In this document: piece by piece, positions 18,145-28,523 of the stretch
Position numbering within the stretch: position 1 is the stretch's first letter
Layout of the letters: each line of letters starts with the position of its first letter
Source: a bacterium
GTDB taxonomy: Bacteria; UBA8248
Reading direction: 5' to 3'
Assembly (NCBI GenBank): GCA_965203325.1
Contig: OZ241875.1
Coordinates: forward strand, 2,848,001 to 2,912,000
Length of the DNA: 64,000 nucleotides
The notes under the pieces: generated by a model
What the model saw: the letters and a program-made list of their open reading frames with translations, nothing else
The model's database searches: none
Told to the model about the DNA's origin: nothing
Program-made: the position numbers and the translations under genes

Positions 18145-20118
18145 ATGAATGCGAAGATCTTCTGGCTATTCGCCTTCGTCGTGCTCTATTGGGCCTACTG
18201 CATTTTCTGGGGCATCAAGTGCGCGAGGATGGCGAGAACGGCCGGCGACTATTTCATTGCGGGTCGCCAGCTATCCATGTGGGTGTTCGTCCTGGCGGCG
18301 ACGGCGACGTCGTTTTCCGGGTGGACGTTCATGGGACACCCGGGACTCATCTATCGAGACGGGTTCCAGTACGCCTACGCTTCGTTCTACACCATCACCA
18401 TTCCCTTTACCGGGGTGATATTCCTGAAGCGCCAGTGGATGCTGGGCAAACGCTACGGATACGTCACGCCCGGTGAAATGTTCGCCGACTACTTCCAGGG
18501 CGACGCCATCCGCATCCTCACGGTGATCGTGGCCATGTTGTTCTCGATTCCCTACCTCGGCGTTCAGCTCGGGGCCTCGGGCTTCTTGTTCAACGTGCTG
18601 ACCGACGGCGCATTCAGCGTAAACGTGGGCATGTGGCTGCTCTCGGCCGTCGTGCTCATCTACGTGGCAGCCGGGGGTCTGCGCGCCGTGGCCTACGTGG
18701 ATACGCTCCAGTGCATTCTGCTTGCGCTGGGCATCGTGATCACCGGCTTTATCGCGCTGAGCATCGCCGGCGGATGGGGCGCGCTGAACGAAGGCCTCGC
18801 CAAGCTGGCGGCCTCCCCGGTGGGCAAGTGGGGAACGACGAAAGGATACGGTGGTGGCGACTACAACGCCTATTTCGCCATCCCTGGCGTCATCCAGTTC
18901 ACGGCCGGCCTGGGCAAGCAGACGCCCGTGGGTGGTCTGTGGACGGGCATCATGTGCCTGACCTACATGTTCGCGCTCATGGGGATTCAGTCTTCCCCGG
19001 CGTTCTCCATGTGGGCGTTCTCGAACAACAACCCGCGCCCCTTCGCGCCCCAGCAGGTCTGGGCGTCTTCGGCGGGCATCGGGTTCATCCTGTTCTTCTT
19101 CACCGCGTCCCAGGGAATGGGCGCGCACCTTCTCGGCGCGAACCCGGCGGTGACCAAAGCGGGACTTGCGATATCGGACGTGCTGGCCGCGTCCATTGCG
19201 AAAAAGCCCGACTCGCTGGTTCCGTATTATTTCAACTACATTGCGGATGCGGCGCCGTGGCTGGTCGGACTCCTGGCCGTCTGCGCCCTGGCCGCCATGC
19301 AGTCTACGGGTGCGGCGTACATGTCCACGGCGGGCGGCATGCTTACCCGCGATCTCTACAAGAGATATCTGAACCCCGGCGCCTCGCATGAAACCCAGAA
19401 GGTGGCGGGACGGATAGGCGTTTTGATCATCGTGGTCTCTGCGCTCCTTGTGGCGACGTTCTCGAGAGACGCGCTCGTGTTGCTTGGAGGACTCGCCGTC
19501 GCCTTCGGCTTCCAGATGTGGCCGGCGCTGGCGGCGGTGTGCTGGATGCCGAAAATCACGAGGCAAGGCGCCACGTGGGGTTTGGCGGCCGGTCTTTTGG
19601 CCGTCATCTTCACGGAGAACTTCGGCCTCACCATTCTCAAGGGAATCGGCATCGACGTCTGGGGCCGCTGGCCGTGGACGATTCACTCCGCCGGCTGGGG
19701 CATCATCTTCAACGTGGCGGTCTGCTGGATCGTCTCTGCGCAAACGCAGGACGCGGCGGCGGCGGCGCACCGGCAGAAGTATCACGACTTCCTGGCCGAG
19801 CACGCTTCGCTCTCGCCGGAGAAACAGGGCCTCGTCCCCATGGCGTGGGGCGTTACGCTGGCCTGGATGTTCTTCGGCATCGGCCCGGGCGCCGTTATCG
19901 GCAACTGGATTTTCGGCGCCCCGAACGCTGGTTACGCGGCATGGACTTTCGGCATACCCTCCATTTGGGCCTGGCAGATTCTATTCTGGGCCCTTGGCGT
20001 CGGCATGATGTGGCTGCTCGCCTACAAGATGGAGATGTCGACGGTGCCCGAAACGGAGATCGAGGCGCTCGTGGAGGACATCGGCGACGTGGCCGCGCAG
20101 CAGGCGGGATCGTCCTAG
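18145..20118 (+). CDS. Sodium:solute symporter (SSS) family transporter
   Basis: DYFIAGRQL, ATATSFSGWTFMGHPG, GGLRAVAYVD and LAAMQST; many TM helices; AAGGAGG RBS. Confidence 0.95.
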   Translation: MNAKIFWLFAFVVLYWAYCIFWGIKCARMARTAGDYFIAGRQLSMWVFVLAATATSFSGWTFMGHPGLIYRDGFQYAYASFYTITIPFTGVIFLKRQWMLGKRYGYVTPGEMFADYFQGDAIRILTVIVAMLFSIPYLGVQLGASGFLFNVLTDGAFSVNVGMWLLSAVVLIYVAAGGLRAVAYVDTLQCILLALGIVITGFIALSIAGGWGALNEGLAKLAASPVGKWGTTKGYGGGDYNAYFAIPGVIQFTAGLGKQTPVGGLWTGIMCLTYMFALMGIQSSPAFSMWAFSNNNPRPFAPQQVWASSAGIGFILFFFTASQGMGAHLLGANPAVTKAGLAISDVLAASIAKKPDSLVPYYFNYIADAAPWLVGLLAVCALAAMQSTGAAYMSTAGGMLTRDLYKRYLNPGASHETQKVAGRIGVLIIVVSALLVATFSRDALVLLGGLAVAFGFQMWPALAAVCWMPKITRQGATWGLAAGLLAVIFTENFGLTILKGIGIDVWGRWPWTIHSAGWGIIFNVAVCWIVSAQTQDAAAAAHRQKYHDFLAEHASLSPEKQGLVPMAWGVTLAWMFFGIGPGAVIGNWIFGAPNAGYAAWTFGIPSIWAWQILFWALGVGMMWLLAYKMEMSTVPETEIEALVEDIGDVAAQQAGSS

Positions 20119-20148
20119 ACGAGACCGCAATGATGTAGGTATTACTAT

Positions 20149-20187
20149 GCGGGGGAGGGGTATGTGTCCCTCCCCCGCGTTGTTTTT
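20149..20187 (+). terminator. Strong hairpin/terminator after the SSS gene
   Basis: gcgggggaggg / ccctcccccgc 11-bp stem followed by gttgttttt. Confidence 0.7.
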
Positions 20188-20198
20188 CCGCCGCCCTG

Positions 20199-20447
20199 AT
20201 GGCTGAACGACCGATGGCTGAACTGTTCACCGCAAAATACATGCTGCTATGGGTTCTCGCGCTGGCCGCCGCTCTCTTTCTGCCCGTGCGCCAGCTCATC
20301 TGGGTTCTCTACGTCAGGCGGGCGGAGAGAGACGGTTCCGAAACCTCGGGCGAGGAACGCCTCGCACTCAAAAATCGCGCCGGAATGACGGCGATGCTGC
20401 TCTGCTTCGTTTTCTCCTATTTCTATATGAACCATCTTTTCAGGTAG
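20199..20447 (+). CDS. Small two-TM membrane protein
   Basis: Two hydrophobic helices (LFLPVRQLIWVLYVRR...LLCFVFSY); start may be 20214. Confidence 0.7.
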   Translation: MAERPMAELFTAKYMLLWVLALAAALFLPVRQLIWVLYVRRAERDGSETSGEERLALKNRAGMTAMLLCFVFSYFYMNHLFR

Positions 20448-20452
20448 CCCTG

Positions 20453-21064
20453 ATGAATCCGCGCGTGCTCAAGCGCTTCATCAAGAATATGGCGATACTC
20501 ATTTTCGTCATGTTCTCCGCGTGGGCGCTGTGGGAGATGTACGCCAAGGAAGCGCCGGGGGATTACGCCACCAGGGAGGGCGACATCCGGCTCACTGAGG
20601 GGAACTACGAGGAGGCGCTCGCGAGCTTCAACCGGGCGCTGCGCGAGCGGCCCAACCACCGGGGCGCGCTGATGGGCCGCGCGCTGGTGTACATCAAGAC
20701 GAAGCAATACGAGGAGGCTTTGGCCGAACTCACCTATCTCATCGACTATCTCAGAAAAAATCTCGAACCCGACGACCCGACAGGCGCAGGCGTCATGGCG
20801 GCGGCATACGCCAACCGGGGCATCGTCCACGACACGAAGGGCCGCTACAAGGAAGCGCTTGCCGATTACATCGAAGCGCTCAGGACCGACGAGGGAGCGC
20901 TGGACGGGCCCGGAATCATCGACAAGGTGATCTACGGCACGCCGAACCCGTCCACGGTGCGAGATCGAGCGATTTATCTAAAGGAACAACTCGCCCTCCC
21001 GCCGGAAAAACGCCTGCTGCGCGTACCGGAGATCGACGCGGCGCAGCGGATGCACAAACCCTGA
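20453..21064 (+). CDS. Membrane-anchored tetratricopeptide repeat protein
   Basis: N-terminal TM helix; TPR motifs YEEALASFNRAL and AYANRGIVH...YKEALADY. Confidence 0.88.
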   Translation: MNPRVLKRFIKNMAILIFVMFSAWALWEMYAKEAPGDYATREGDIRLTEGNYEEALASFNRALRERPNHRGALMGRALVYIKTKQYEEALAELTYLIDYLRKNLEPDDPTGAGVMAAAYANRGIVHDTKGRYKEALADYIEALRTDEGALDGPGIIDKVIYGTPNPSTVRDRAIYLKEQLALPPEKRLLRVPEIDAAQRMHKP

Positions 21065-21107
21065 AGTCTATACGGAAACGATTTGGCGATTCAGCGGGCG
21101 TGACGCT

Positions 21108-21314
21108 CTAGAAACGCACGATGCCGAGCACGTCCTGGAACAGGACCAGAAAGAAGAATACCGCGGCGATGCAGCCGAAGAGCAGGTGGACGAAATCGGC
21201 TCCCCCGTCGGGGTTTTTCGTGCGGATGGCCTTGATGGCGATGAAACCCGTGACGAACAAGAAGATGAAGTTCACGGCTTGCTGGTTCTCGCCTGCGAAA
21301 TCGAACATGACCAA
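21108..21314 (-). CDS. Small two-TM membrane protein
   Basis: 68-aa ORF with two hydrophobic segments. Confidence 0.65.
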   Translation of the reverse strand: MVMFDFAGENQQAVNFIFLFVTGFIAIKAIRTKNPDGGADFVHLLFGCIAAVFFFLVLFQDVLGIVRF

Positions 21315-21339
21315 CCTCGGCTTGGAAGTTTAATCCACG

Positions 21340-21855
21340 CTATCTGTTGTAGCGGCCCGGCACCAGGGATGTATCCTCTATATTGCGTTCCTTCTCCGTC
21401 CCCTTTATTTCTTTTTTCTCGAAGTAGGGCGGCAGGAAAGAGGTGCTCTCCCCGGCGACGAGGTGACTCAGCCAGACGATGCCGGTCATGATCGACACCA
21501 TGAGGGTGGCGGTCACGATGAAGCGCTTGATGTCAGCGGGGAGTTTTTTGCCGTAATCCTTGTCGTACCTGTGATAGGCGGGATCATTCTCATCCAGCTC
21601 ACCCTGTTTATCGAGAGCCAGTATCTGGTGCGCATGGCGGCGCGCCCAGAAGGGCACTTGATCGTAAAGCATATAGGCCATGAAGAGTTGATTGATGAGT
21701 TCTTCTGACATCTCCTCGCCGTACCATTCACTGTAGGCGAGTTGGAGGAACTGGAACTCTCCCACCTGCAGCAGATTCGCCGCCTTGGCGACTTCGGCGC
21801 GCTGGGCGCTTTCCTCCCGATCGGGACGGATGAGCGTCTGAAAGAAAGTAACCAT
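21340..21855 (-). CDS. Hypothetical membrane protein
   Basis: GAGGA RBS; AANLLQVGEFQFLQLAY...VPFWAR domain plus one TM helix. Confidence 0.75.
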   Translation of the reverse strand: MVTFFQTLIRPDREESAQRAEVAKAANLLQVGEFQFLQLAYSEWYGEEMSEELINQLFMAYMLYDQVPFWARRHAHQILALDKQGELDENDPAYHRYDKDYGKKLPADIKRFIVTATLMVSIMTGIVWLSHLVAGESTSFLPPYFEKKEIKGTEKERNIEDTSLVPGRYNR

Positions 21856-22017
21856 GTCGATTCCTCGACAAATTGAGTTCCCAGCGGCATTTGCGTTGAA
21901 GACCGAAGATGCACCGCCAGCCTAAGCCCTTTACCGGCCTGCGTCAATTTTGCGTTTGGAGGGAGATTTTCGCACAAAAGAACGTGCCCGGCGATAGCCA
22001 TCGTGTTGGATGATGTG

Positions 22018-23634
22018 CTACTTGACGGCCTCTTTTTTTGTTTCCTCGACTTCCTGTGGAAAGAGCGCGGCGTGGGTCTCCTCGAAAAGATGTTTCCCCA
22101 CGGCGAGTTGCATGGTGGCGGGCATGACCTTTTTCGCCAACCTGATCATTTGCGTGGATTTATCGCGAATGTCCCACTGGGCGTGGGGGTCTTCCCTGAG
22201 CCTCGATACGTGGTAGAGCTCGCGCGCGTTCGATGAGAACAGTACGCGCCGTTTGTGCGCGTTCGTGAGCACGTAGGGGGCGGCCAGCAGGGTTTGCCCG
22301 GCGATTTTCTCGTACGCGGCGTTGGTTTCATCCACGGTTGCCTGAAACTCGGGCGCTGCGCCCGCCTCGGGGATAGCCGAGGGCACCGTCACGCCCAATG
22401 TGATGTCATAGGGCTGGGTGTTCAGAGTAGACATGCGGTGGCGTTTTAACTGCCCGAAACACGCGGCGGAGAGCGTCACCTCGAACACGCAGCGCACGTT
22501 CTCGAATTCGCGGAGCACGGCGTCGTGTCCGCGCATGAGACGGAACGTAGAGGCGATGAAGCGCGCGCGCTCATCCTCGCTCATCTCCTTGGCCGCCGCC
22601 TTACAATGCGACATTGTTTTCCCTGAGGATGAATGGAGGAGCGCCGCGGCGATGAGCGCATCCGCGTCCGGGGTGACGTCGATCAAGGAGACGTCTTTCT
22701 CTTCGGCGATGGGCGGAACCGGCTCGGTCTCCTCGTCCACTCGCCCCAAGACGTCGGAGGCCGCCTCGCGAAGTGCCGCCCGGGTGTGGGTGTTGTATTC
22801 GGTGGGGTCGGTGTATTTCACCAGAGAGGGCGCGACGCCCTCGACGCACTCATACAGACGGCGCGCGTATTCCCTGATTTCCGCGAGGGGATGTGAGGCG
22901 CAGCGGCAGATGACGTGCTCGAGGCTCCTCGCGCTGAGCGTCATGCCGATTTGCGATTCGGTGGCGAAAGAGACGATGTAGCGCGCATCCTCCTTGGCCC
23001 AGCCCTCCAGCGTCTTGTGGTTTCTTTTCTTGGCGGCGAGTTCGGGGTTTTTCTCGAACACCCAGGGCCTGAGCTTCTCGTACAGCGCGTGATAGCAGGC
23101 GTTCTGGGCCTTTATCGTCTGGATGAAAAGGCTCTTCATGCCCGCTTTTTCGATTTCCTCAGGTATCACGAAATCATCTTCTAACAGGATGTAGCGCTGG
23201 CTCTTCTCGGTGTAGGCCAGGAGCCTGAATTTCTGGATCTCCTCCACCGCGTAGCGGCTCACGCCGATGACGTCGATGTTGAAGCTCGCGTGCTCGGCCA
23301 CGGAACTGTGCCCGTAGCCGAAGATGATGGTCTGGTTGCTCTTTCGCGCCTTTTCCACCTCAAGGCGCGCGATGGCGCGGAGCTCGTCAATCGGCCGCGG
23401 ATCGCGGCTGATGCGCGCGTAGGACGCGCTGATGGGCTCGGGCGTCAGGTTGTCGCGTTCGAGGAAATCGGCGGCCCTGCGCTGAAGTTCCGCCGCCTGC
23501 GCGCGCAGTTCGGCCTCGCTCATGGCGTCGAGGCGGCTCTCCTCCCAGCCGCGGGCGGCGGGCTCGATGATCTCTTTTTTCATCTGGCGGAGTACGTCGA
23601 CGTCGACGTTGTGACCGGCGAGAACGATGCGCAT
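22018..23634 (-). CDS. thyX: FAD-dependent thymidylate synthase ThyX, tandem two-domain form
   Basis: YGHSSVAEH, EKSQRY, EDARYI, then QLKRHR, NARELYH and LREDPHAQWDIR; 538 aa is about twice a single ThyX. Confidence 0.88.
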   Translation of the reverse strand: MRIVLAGHNVDVDVLRQMKKEIIEPAARGWEESRLDAMSEAELRAQAAELQRRAADFLERDNLTPEPISASYARISRDPRPIDELRAIARLEVEKARKSNQTIIFGYGHSSVAEHASFNIDVIGVSRYAVEEIQKFRLLAYTEKSQRYILLEDDFVIPEEIEKAGMKSLFIQTIKAQNACYHALYEKLRPWVFEKNPELAAKKRNHKTLEGWAKEDARYIVSFATESQIGMTLSARSLEHVICRCASHPLAEIREYARRLYECVEGVAPSLVKYTDPTEYNTHTRAALREAASDVLGRVDEETEPVPPIAEEKDVSLIDVTPDADALIAAALLHSSSGKTMSHCKAAAKEMSEDERARFIASTFRLMRGHDAVLREFENVRCVFEVTLSAACFGQLKRHRMSTLNTQPYDITLGVTVPSAIPEAGAAPEFQATVDETNAAYEKIAGQTLLAAPYVLTNAHKRRVLFSSNARELYHVSRLREDPHAQWDIRDKSTQMIRLAKKVMPATMQLAVGKHLFEETHAALFPQEVEETKKEAVK

Positions 23635-23861
23635 GTGAAAGGCCGTTTCCCGAGCGGCGGGCGTTGCTTCTGGTTCATTGAATTTTTGGAAGCGCCATTA
23701 TGAACCTTGAGCCCTGAAAGAACAAGCGGAAAGTTTCTGGAGGGTGCCCACGCTGTGTTTGCTCTAGAGGGTTTAACTTCTTAGTTGCGGTTTTTCAAGG
23801 GTTTTGGGATGATATTTCCGATCATGGCCGCTGAAGGCGCGGCGCGCGACGCGCGCCCCTC

Positions 23862-25214
23862 ATGAAAAAGAGGAGACACGTGAACTCTCTCATCGCCCGG
23901 ACCATTCCCGTTCTCATCATTCTTGCATCTTTCGGCTTGAATATCGCCGCTTCCGAAGCCGGGCGTCCGCGCAAGCGTCCTCCGCCGCTGGTATCCGTGG
24001 CGAAGGTGATCGAACGCGAGGTGAGAAACCGCCTCACCGCCGTGGGCAGCGTGGCGCCTTACCGCCGCTCGGTCGTGAGCAGCGAGCTCGAGGGCCGGGT
24101 GCAGTCCGCACCGCTCAAGGTGGGTGATTTCGTCCGCGCGAACAAGACGGTGCTCGCCACGGTGGGGCGTTCGGGGCTCCAGATTGACCTGCGCATCCTG
24201 CGGGCGGAACTCGAGAAGGCGCGACAGGACCTTCTGCGCCTGGAGCGCGGAAAACGCCCCGAGGAAATAGCGGCGCTCCAAGCCAAGGTGCGCGAGCGCG
24301 AAGCGCAGATGAGGAACAACGAGCTTGAACTCAACCGCGCGCGGGATCTGTATGAGAAAAAAATTCTGGACAAGGCCAGCCTCGATCGCGCCGAAGCCGC
24401 CTACGAGGCCAGCTGGCAGTTGTTCGAAGAGGCCTCCCGAAATCTCGAGCTCGCCAGACTCGGCCCCCGGCGGGAGGAGAAGGCTCGCGCCAAGGCGGAA
24501 GTGGACAGGGTGCGGGCGCGCGTCGCCCGGGTGCGCGACGATCTGGCCAAGACGAAAATTCGTTCCCCGCTGACCGGCTTTATCACCCAGGAGTGGGTGG
24601 AGGTCGGCCAGTGGCTCACCAAGGGCGGCCGCGTGGCCGAGGTCATCGAGCTCGACAGGGTGCTGGTGCAGGCCCCGATTGCGGAGCGGCGCATATCCCT
24701 GGTGCGCGTGGGCGGTGAAGCGCGCGTCGTCGTCGACGCGCTGGGAAGCCGGGCGTTCAAGGGCCGGGTGCGGGGGGTTATCCCCAAGGCGGACCCCAAG
24801 AGCCGCACCTTCCCGGTGGAAGTCGAAATTAAAAACACCGAGTCCTACGACCTCAAGGCCGGCATGTTCGCCCGCCTGAGCCTCGAGTACGGTAAAGCGG
24901 CCAGAATGGTTCTGGTGCCCAAGGATGCGTTGATCTTGAGAGCGCGAGGGCCTTCGGTCTTCGTCTTCGAGAAAGGGCGCGTTCGCGAGGTTTCCTTCGC
25001 GCAGGGCAGAAGCGTGGATTCTTTTATGGAGGTAACGGGCGGCGCACTCAGGGCCGGCATGCAGGTGGTTGTGAAAGGTAATGAAAACTTGAGAGCCGGG
25101 ATGCCCGTTCGTCTTCAGGGCCGGGGCGGCCGGCCCGGCGCGCGAGGCCGCGGAGGCGCTCCGCGCAGAGGCGGAAAGCCCGCAGCGAGTTCCCGGCGCG
25201 GAACCGGGGGATGA
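23862..25214 (+). CDS. RND efflux periplasmic adaptor (membrane fusion protein)
   Basis: Signal/TM, lipoyl halves (VGDFV, IRSPLTG), long alpha-hairpin, SRTFPVEV and LKAGMFAR. Confidence 0.93.
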   Translation: MKKRRHVNSLIARTIPVLIILASFGLNIAASEAGRPRKRPPPLVSVAKVIEREVRNRLTAVGSVAPYRRSVVSSELEGRVQSAPLKVGDFVRANKTVLATVGRSGLQIDLRILRAELEKARQDLLRLERGKRPEEIAALQAKVREREAQMRNNELELNRARDLYEKKILDKASLDRAEAAYEASWQLFEEASRNLELARLGPRREEKARAKAEVDRVRARVARVRDDLAKTKIRSPLTGFITQEWVEVGQWLTKGGRVAEVIELDRVLVQAPIAERRISLVRVGGEARVVVDALGSRAFKGRVRGVIPKADPKSRTFPVEVEIKNTESYDLKAGMFARLSLEYGKAARMVLVPKDALILRARGPSVFVFEKGRVREVSFAQGRSVDSFMEVTGGALRAGMQVVVKGNENLRAGMPVRLQGRGGRPGARGRGGAPRRGGKPAASSRRGTGG

Positions 25215-25331
25215 AGCGCATCCGCCTGATGCCGATTTGTTGTGTGTATGTAAAGGCTTGAATGCGGTGGAGAGGGATGAACGCCGCTTTATCTTGCCAG
25301 ACAACGCAGAGCCGCCGATGAAGGAGAGGGC

Positions 25332-28300
25332 ATGAATCTGCCCCGCGCGAGTGTCAAATATCCGGTCACGACCACCGTCGGGGTCATTCTGGCGGTGCTC
25401 TTCGGCGCCATCAGCCTCTACTGGATTCCGGTGCAGATGACGCCCACGATCGACAGGCCCGTCATCACGGTGGAGACCGAATACAGGGGCGCTGCGCCGC
25501 TGGAGGTGGAAGAAGAGGTGTCGAAGCCCATCGAGGAGAAGCTCACCTCGGTGGAGGGCCTGAACCGGATGACCTCGCGCAGCGAGGAGGGCAAGTCGCG
25601 CGTCTTTCTCGAATTCGACTGGGACGTGAACAAGGACGTGGCCCGCCTCGACGTCTCGGAAAAGCTGGGCCTCGTGCGCAACCTGCCCGATGATTCGGAC
25701 CGCTCCACCATCAACGCGCTCAACTCGGATTCCGAGAACCCCATCGCCTGGATGGTCGTCGAGACAAAGCTGCCCATCAACGAGGTTCGTATAGAGGCGG
25801 ATAACGTCATCCGCCCCAAGCTCGAGCGCGTAGAAGGCGTGGGTCAGGTGTGGATGTTCGGCGGCCAGGAAAGGGAGGTGCGCGTTACGCTCGATTACGC
25901 GGCCATGAGCGCGCGCGGAATCACGGTTTCCGCCCTGAGGGCGGCATTGCAGCGCGAGAACAAGAACACGAAGGCGGGGAAGATCGACGAGGGCAAGCGC
26001 AGCTATTCGGTGCGCACGGTGGGCAATTTCACCCGTCTCGAGCAGTTGCGCAACACCATCATCGCGCAAAACGCGAGCGGGGCCGTCTACCTGCGCGACG
26101 TCGCGAAGGTTTCATTCGACTACGGCGACCTCCAGCGGCGGATCCGCCTCCGGCAAGTGCCTACCATGGCTTTCGGAGCCTTGAGAAAAACCGGGGCCAA
26201 CACCATCGAGGTGATGGCGGGGGTCAAAAAGGCGATAGCCGAGATCAACGAAGTCTACGCGGGGCGCGGCATCAGGCTCAGGCAGGTCTATGACGAGACC
26301 GTCTACATCGACCAGTCCCGCTCCCTGGTAACAAACAACATCTTCATAGGCGGCATATTGGCGATAGGCGTGCTGCTCCTGTTCCTGGGCAGTCTTTCGA
26401 GCGTCATGATCATCGGCGTCGCGATCCCGGTCACCGTAGTCTCCACGTTCATCTTTATCTTCGTGCTGGGCCGCTCCATCAACATCATCTCGCTCGCGGG
26501 CATGGCGTTCGCCGTCGGCATGGTGGTGGACAACTCCGTCGTGGTGCTGGAGAACATCTTCCGCCACCGCGAGATGGGAAAAAGCAAGTGGGACGCCGCC
26601 GTGGACGGCGCGCAGGAGGTCTGGGGGGCGGTGCTGGCCTCGACACTGACCACGCTGGCCGTCTTCGTCCCCGTGGTGTTCGTCCAGGACGAATCCGGCC
26701 AGCTCTTCCGCGACATCGCCATCGCTATCAGCGTGGCGGTGGCGCTATCCCTCGTCGTGTCGATATCCGTGGTGCCCATGCTGAGTTCGCGCATCCTGAG
26801 CGGCGCAGGGAAGATATCACCGCTGACCCACTTTTTCCGCATCCTGGGGGTGTACGCGCTGGGCAGGCTTTGCCGGCGAATCTACGTGGCCACCCTGGGC
26901 TGGCTCCTTCGCGGGGTGGTGAGGCGCGTCTTCGTGGCCGCGCTCATCACGGCGGGCGCGGTCGCCGTGGCGGTCTTGTCCTTTCCTCCCATCGACTATC
27001 TGCCCAAGGGAAACCGCAATCTCCTGTTCGTGATCGTGCGCACGCCCGCGGGCCTGAACCTGGAAGAAGTGGACAAGGTCGCGCGAACCCTGGAGGCGAA
27101 GCTCGAGCACGTCAAGGAAATCGACCGGTATTTCGCCGTGGTGCGTACGCAGAATCCTATTTTCGGCATCATCGCCAAGAAGGAATACTCCGATCTCGAC
27201 TCCATGCGCGGTCTTGTGCGCAAGTTGTTCAGAGACCTACAGGGAACGCCCGGGGTGCGCACGTTCGTCACCCAGGCACCACTGTTCCGGCGGCGCGGTT
27301 CGGGCTTCATCGGCGGGATCAATCTTAAGGTTGACATCACGGGAGACAGCTTGAGCGAGATTCAGCGCATCGCCGCCGACGTGGGCGCCAGGGCGCGCGG
27401 GCTCGGGGGCGTTCGCTTCGTCAATTCGAGCTTCGACCTTGGAAACCCCGAGCTCCAGGTGCACGTGGATCGACAGAGGGCGGCGGATTTTGGCGTGTCG
27501 GTCTCGGAACTCGGGAGCGTCGTGGAGACGCTCGTGAACGGAACCAAGGCGGGCATTTTCCGGGATCGCGGAGAGGAACTCGACATCATCCTGCGCGGAC
27601 CGCTTTCGGATTTCACCCAGACGCAGCGGATCGAGGAACTCAAGCTGCACACGCCCGAGGGGCAGATCGTCTCGCTCGGGGATATCGCCCGGGTACAGGC
27701 GGCGCTCGGGCCAACGAAGGTCGAGCACATCGACCGCGACCGCTCCGTGACGCTCACGGTCAACATCGGGAGCGAACTGCCGCTTCAGGTGGCGATCGAC
27801 AGGATGAAGAAAGAGGTCATCGAACCGATGCGCCAGACGCTTCCGCTCGGCTATTCGCTGGGCGTGAGCGGACGGGCGAAGGATCTGGAGCGGACCTGGG
27901 GGTCGCTCAAGTGGTCGCTGCTGCTTGCGCTCCTGATCACCTATCTGCTGATGGCGGCCCTGTTCGAGGCGTGGAGCTATCCGTTCATCATCATGTTCAG
28001 CGTGCCCTTCGCCGCCACGGGCGGCATCCTGATGGTGAGCCTGATGAACACGATAGAACCCTCGGTGAAGATGGACACGCTCACCATGCTGGGCTTCATC
28101 ATCCTGACGGGCATCGTGGTGAACAACGCAATTCTGCTTGTTCACCAGGCGCTGAACCATTTCCGCGCCGGCCTCCCCATGCGCGAGGCGATTCTGGAGA
28201 GCGCGCGCGACAGAATGCGCCCCATCTTCATGACGACCACGACGACCGTGCTCGGCATGTTGCCTCTCGTGATCTCCTCGGGTTCGGGCAGCGAACTCTA

Positions 28301-28523
28301 CCGGGGGCTGGGCTCGGCCGTCCTGGGCGGGCTGGCCATGTCCACGATCTTCACCCTGCTGCTGATCCCGGTCGTCTTCTCGCTGTGGGTGGATTTCCTG
28401 GCGCTCATCCGGCCGGCCAGCTTCGCCGCTGCGCCGGCAGCTGCGCCGAGCGGCGCAAGCGGCGCGCCTTCTGAGCGCGTGAGACCGCGAAAATCCGTCA
28501 ACCTCATCGGAGACGAGGACTAA
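25332..28523 (+). CDS. RND efflux transporter permease (AcrB/AcrD/AcrF family)
   Basis: 1063 aa; GMVVDNSVVVLENI, GIVVNNAILL and RMRPIFMTT. Confidence 0.96.
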   Translation: MNLPRASVKYPVTTTVGVILAVLFGAISLYWIPVQMTPTIDRPVITVETEYRGAAPLEVEEEVSKPIEEKLTSVEGLNRMTSRSEEGKSRVFLEFDWDVNKDVARLDVSEKLGLVRNLPDDSDRSTINALNSDSENPIAWMVVETKLPINEVRIEADNVIRPKLERVEGVGQVWMFGGQEREVRVTLDYAAMSARGITVSALRAALQRENKNTKAGKIDEGKRSYSVRTVGNFTRLEQLRNTIIAQNASGAVYLRDVAKVSFDYGDLQRRIRLRQVPTMAFGALRKTGANTIEVMAGVKKAIAEINEVYAGRGIRLRQVYDETVYIDQSRSLVTNNIFIGGILAIGVLLLFLGSLSSVMIIGVAIPVTVVSTFIFIFVLGRSINIISLAGMAFAVGMVVDNSVVVLENIFRHREMGKSKWDAAVDGAQEVWGAVLASTLTTLAVFVPVVFVQDESGQLFRDIAIAISVAVALSLVVSISVVPMLSSRILSGAGKISPLTHFFRILGVYALGRLCRRIYVATLGWLLRGVVRRVFVAALITAGAVAVAVLSFPPIDYLPKGNRNLLFVIVRTPAGLNLEEVDKVARTLEAKLEHVKEIDRYFAVVRTQNPIFGIIAKKEYSDLDSMRGLVRKLFRDLQGTPGVRTFVTQAPLFRRRGSGFIGGINLKVDITGDSLSEIQRIAADVGARARGLGGVRFVNSSFDLGNPELQVHVDRQRAADFGVSVSELGSVVETLVNGTKAGIFRDRGEELDIILRGPLSDFTQTQRIEELKLHTPEGQIVSLGDIARVQAALGPTKVEHIDRDRSVTLTVNIGSELPLQVAIDRMKKEVIEPMRQTLPLGYSLGVSGRAKDLERTWGSLKWSLLLALLITYLLMAALFEAWSYPFIIMFSVPFAATGGILMVSLMNTIEPSVKMDTLTMLGFIILTGIVVNNAILLVHQALNHFRAGLPMREAILESARDRMRPIFMTTTTTVLGMLPLVISSGSGSELYRGLGSAVLGGLAMSTIFTLLLIPVVFSLWVDFLALIRPASFAAAPAAAPSGASGAPSERVRPRKSVNLIGDED

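Noticed and set aside
23781..26069. Long antisense ORFs (762 aa here; also 14575-15819, 18271-19803, 45025-46554, 52275-53906, 58682-60034)
   Set aside because: Shadow ORFs opposite well-supported genes, expected from high-GC codon bias.
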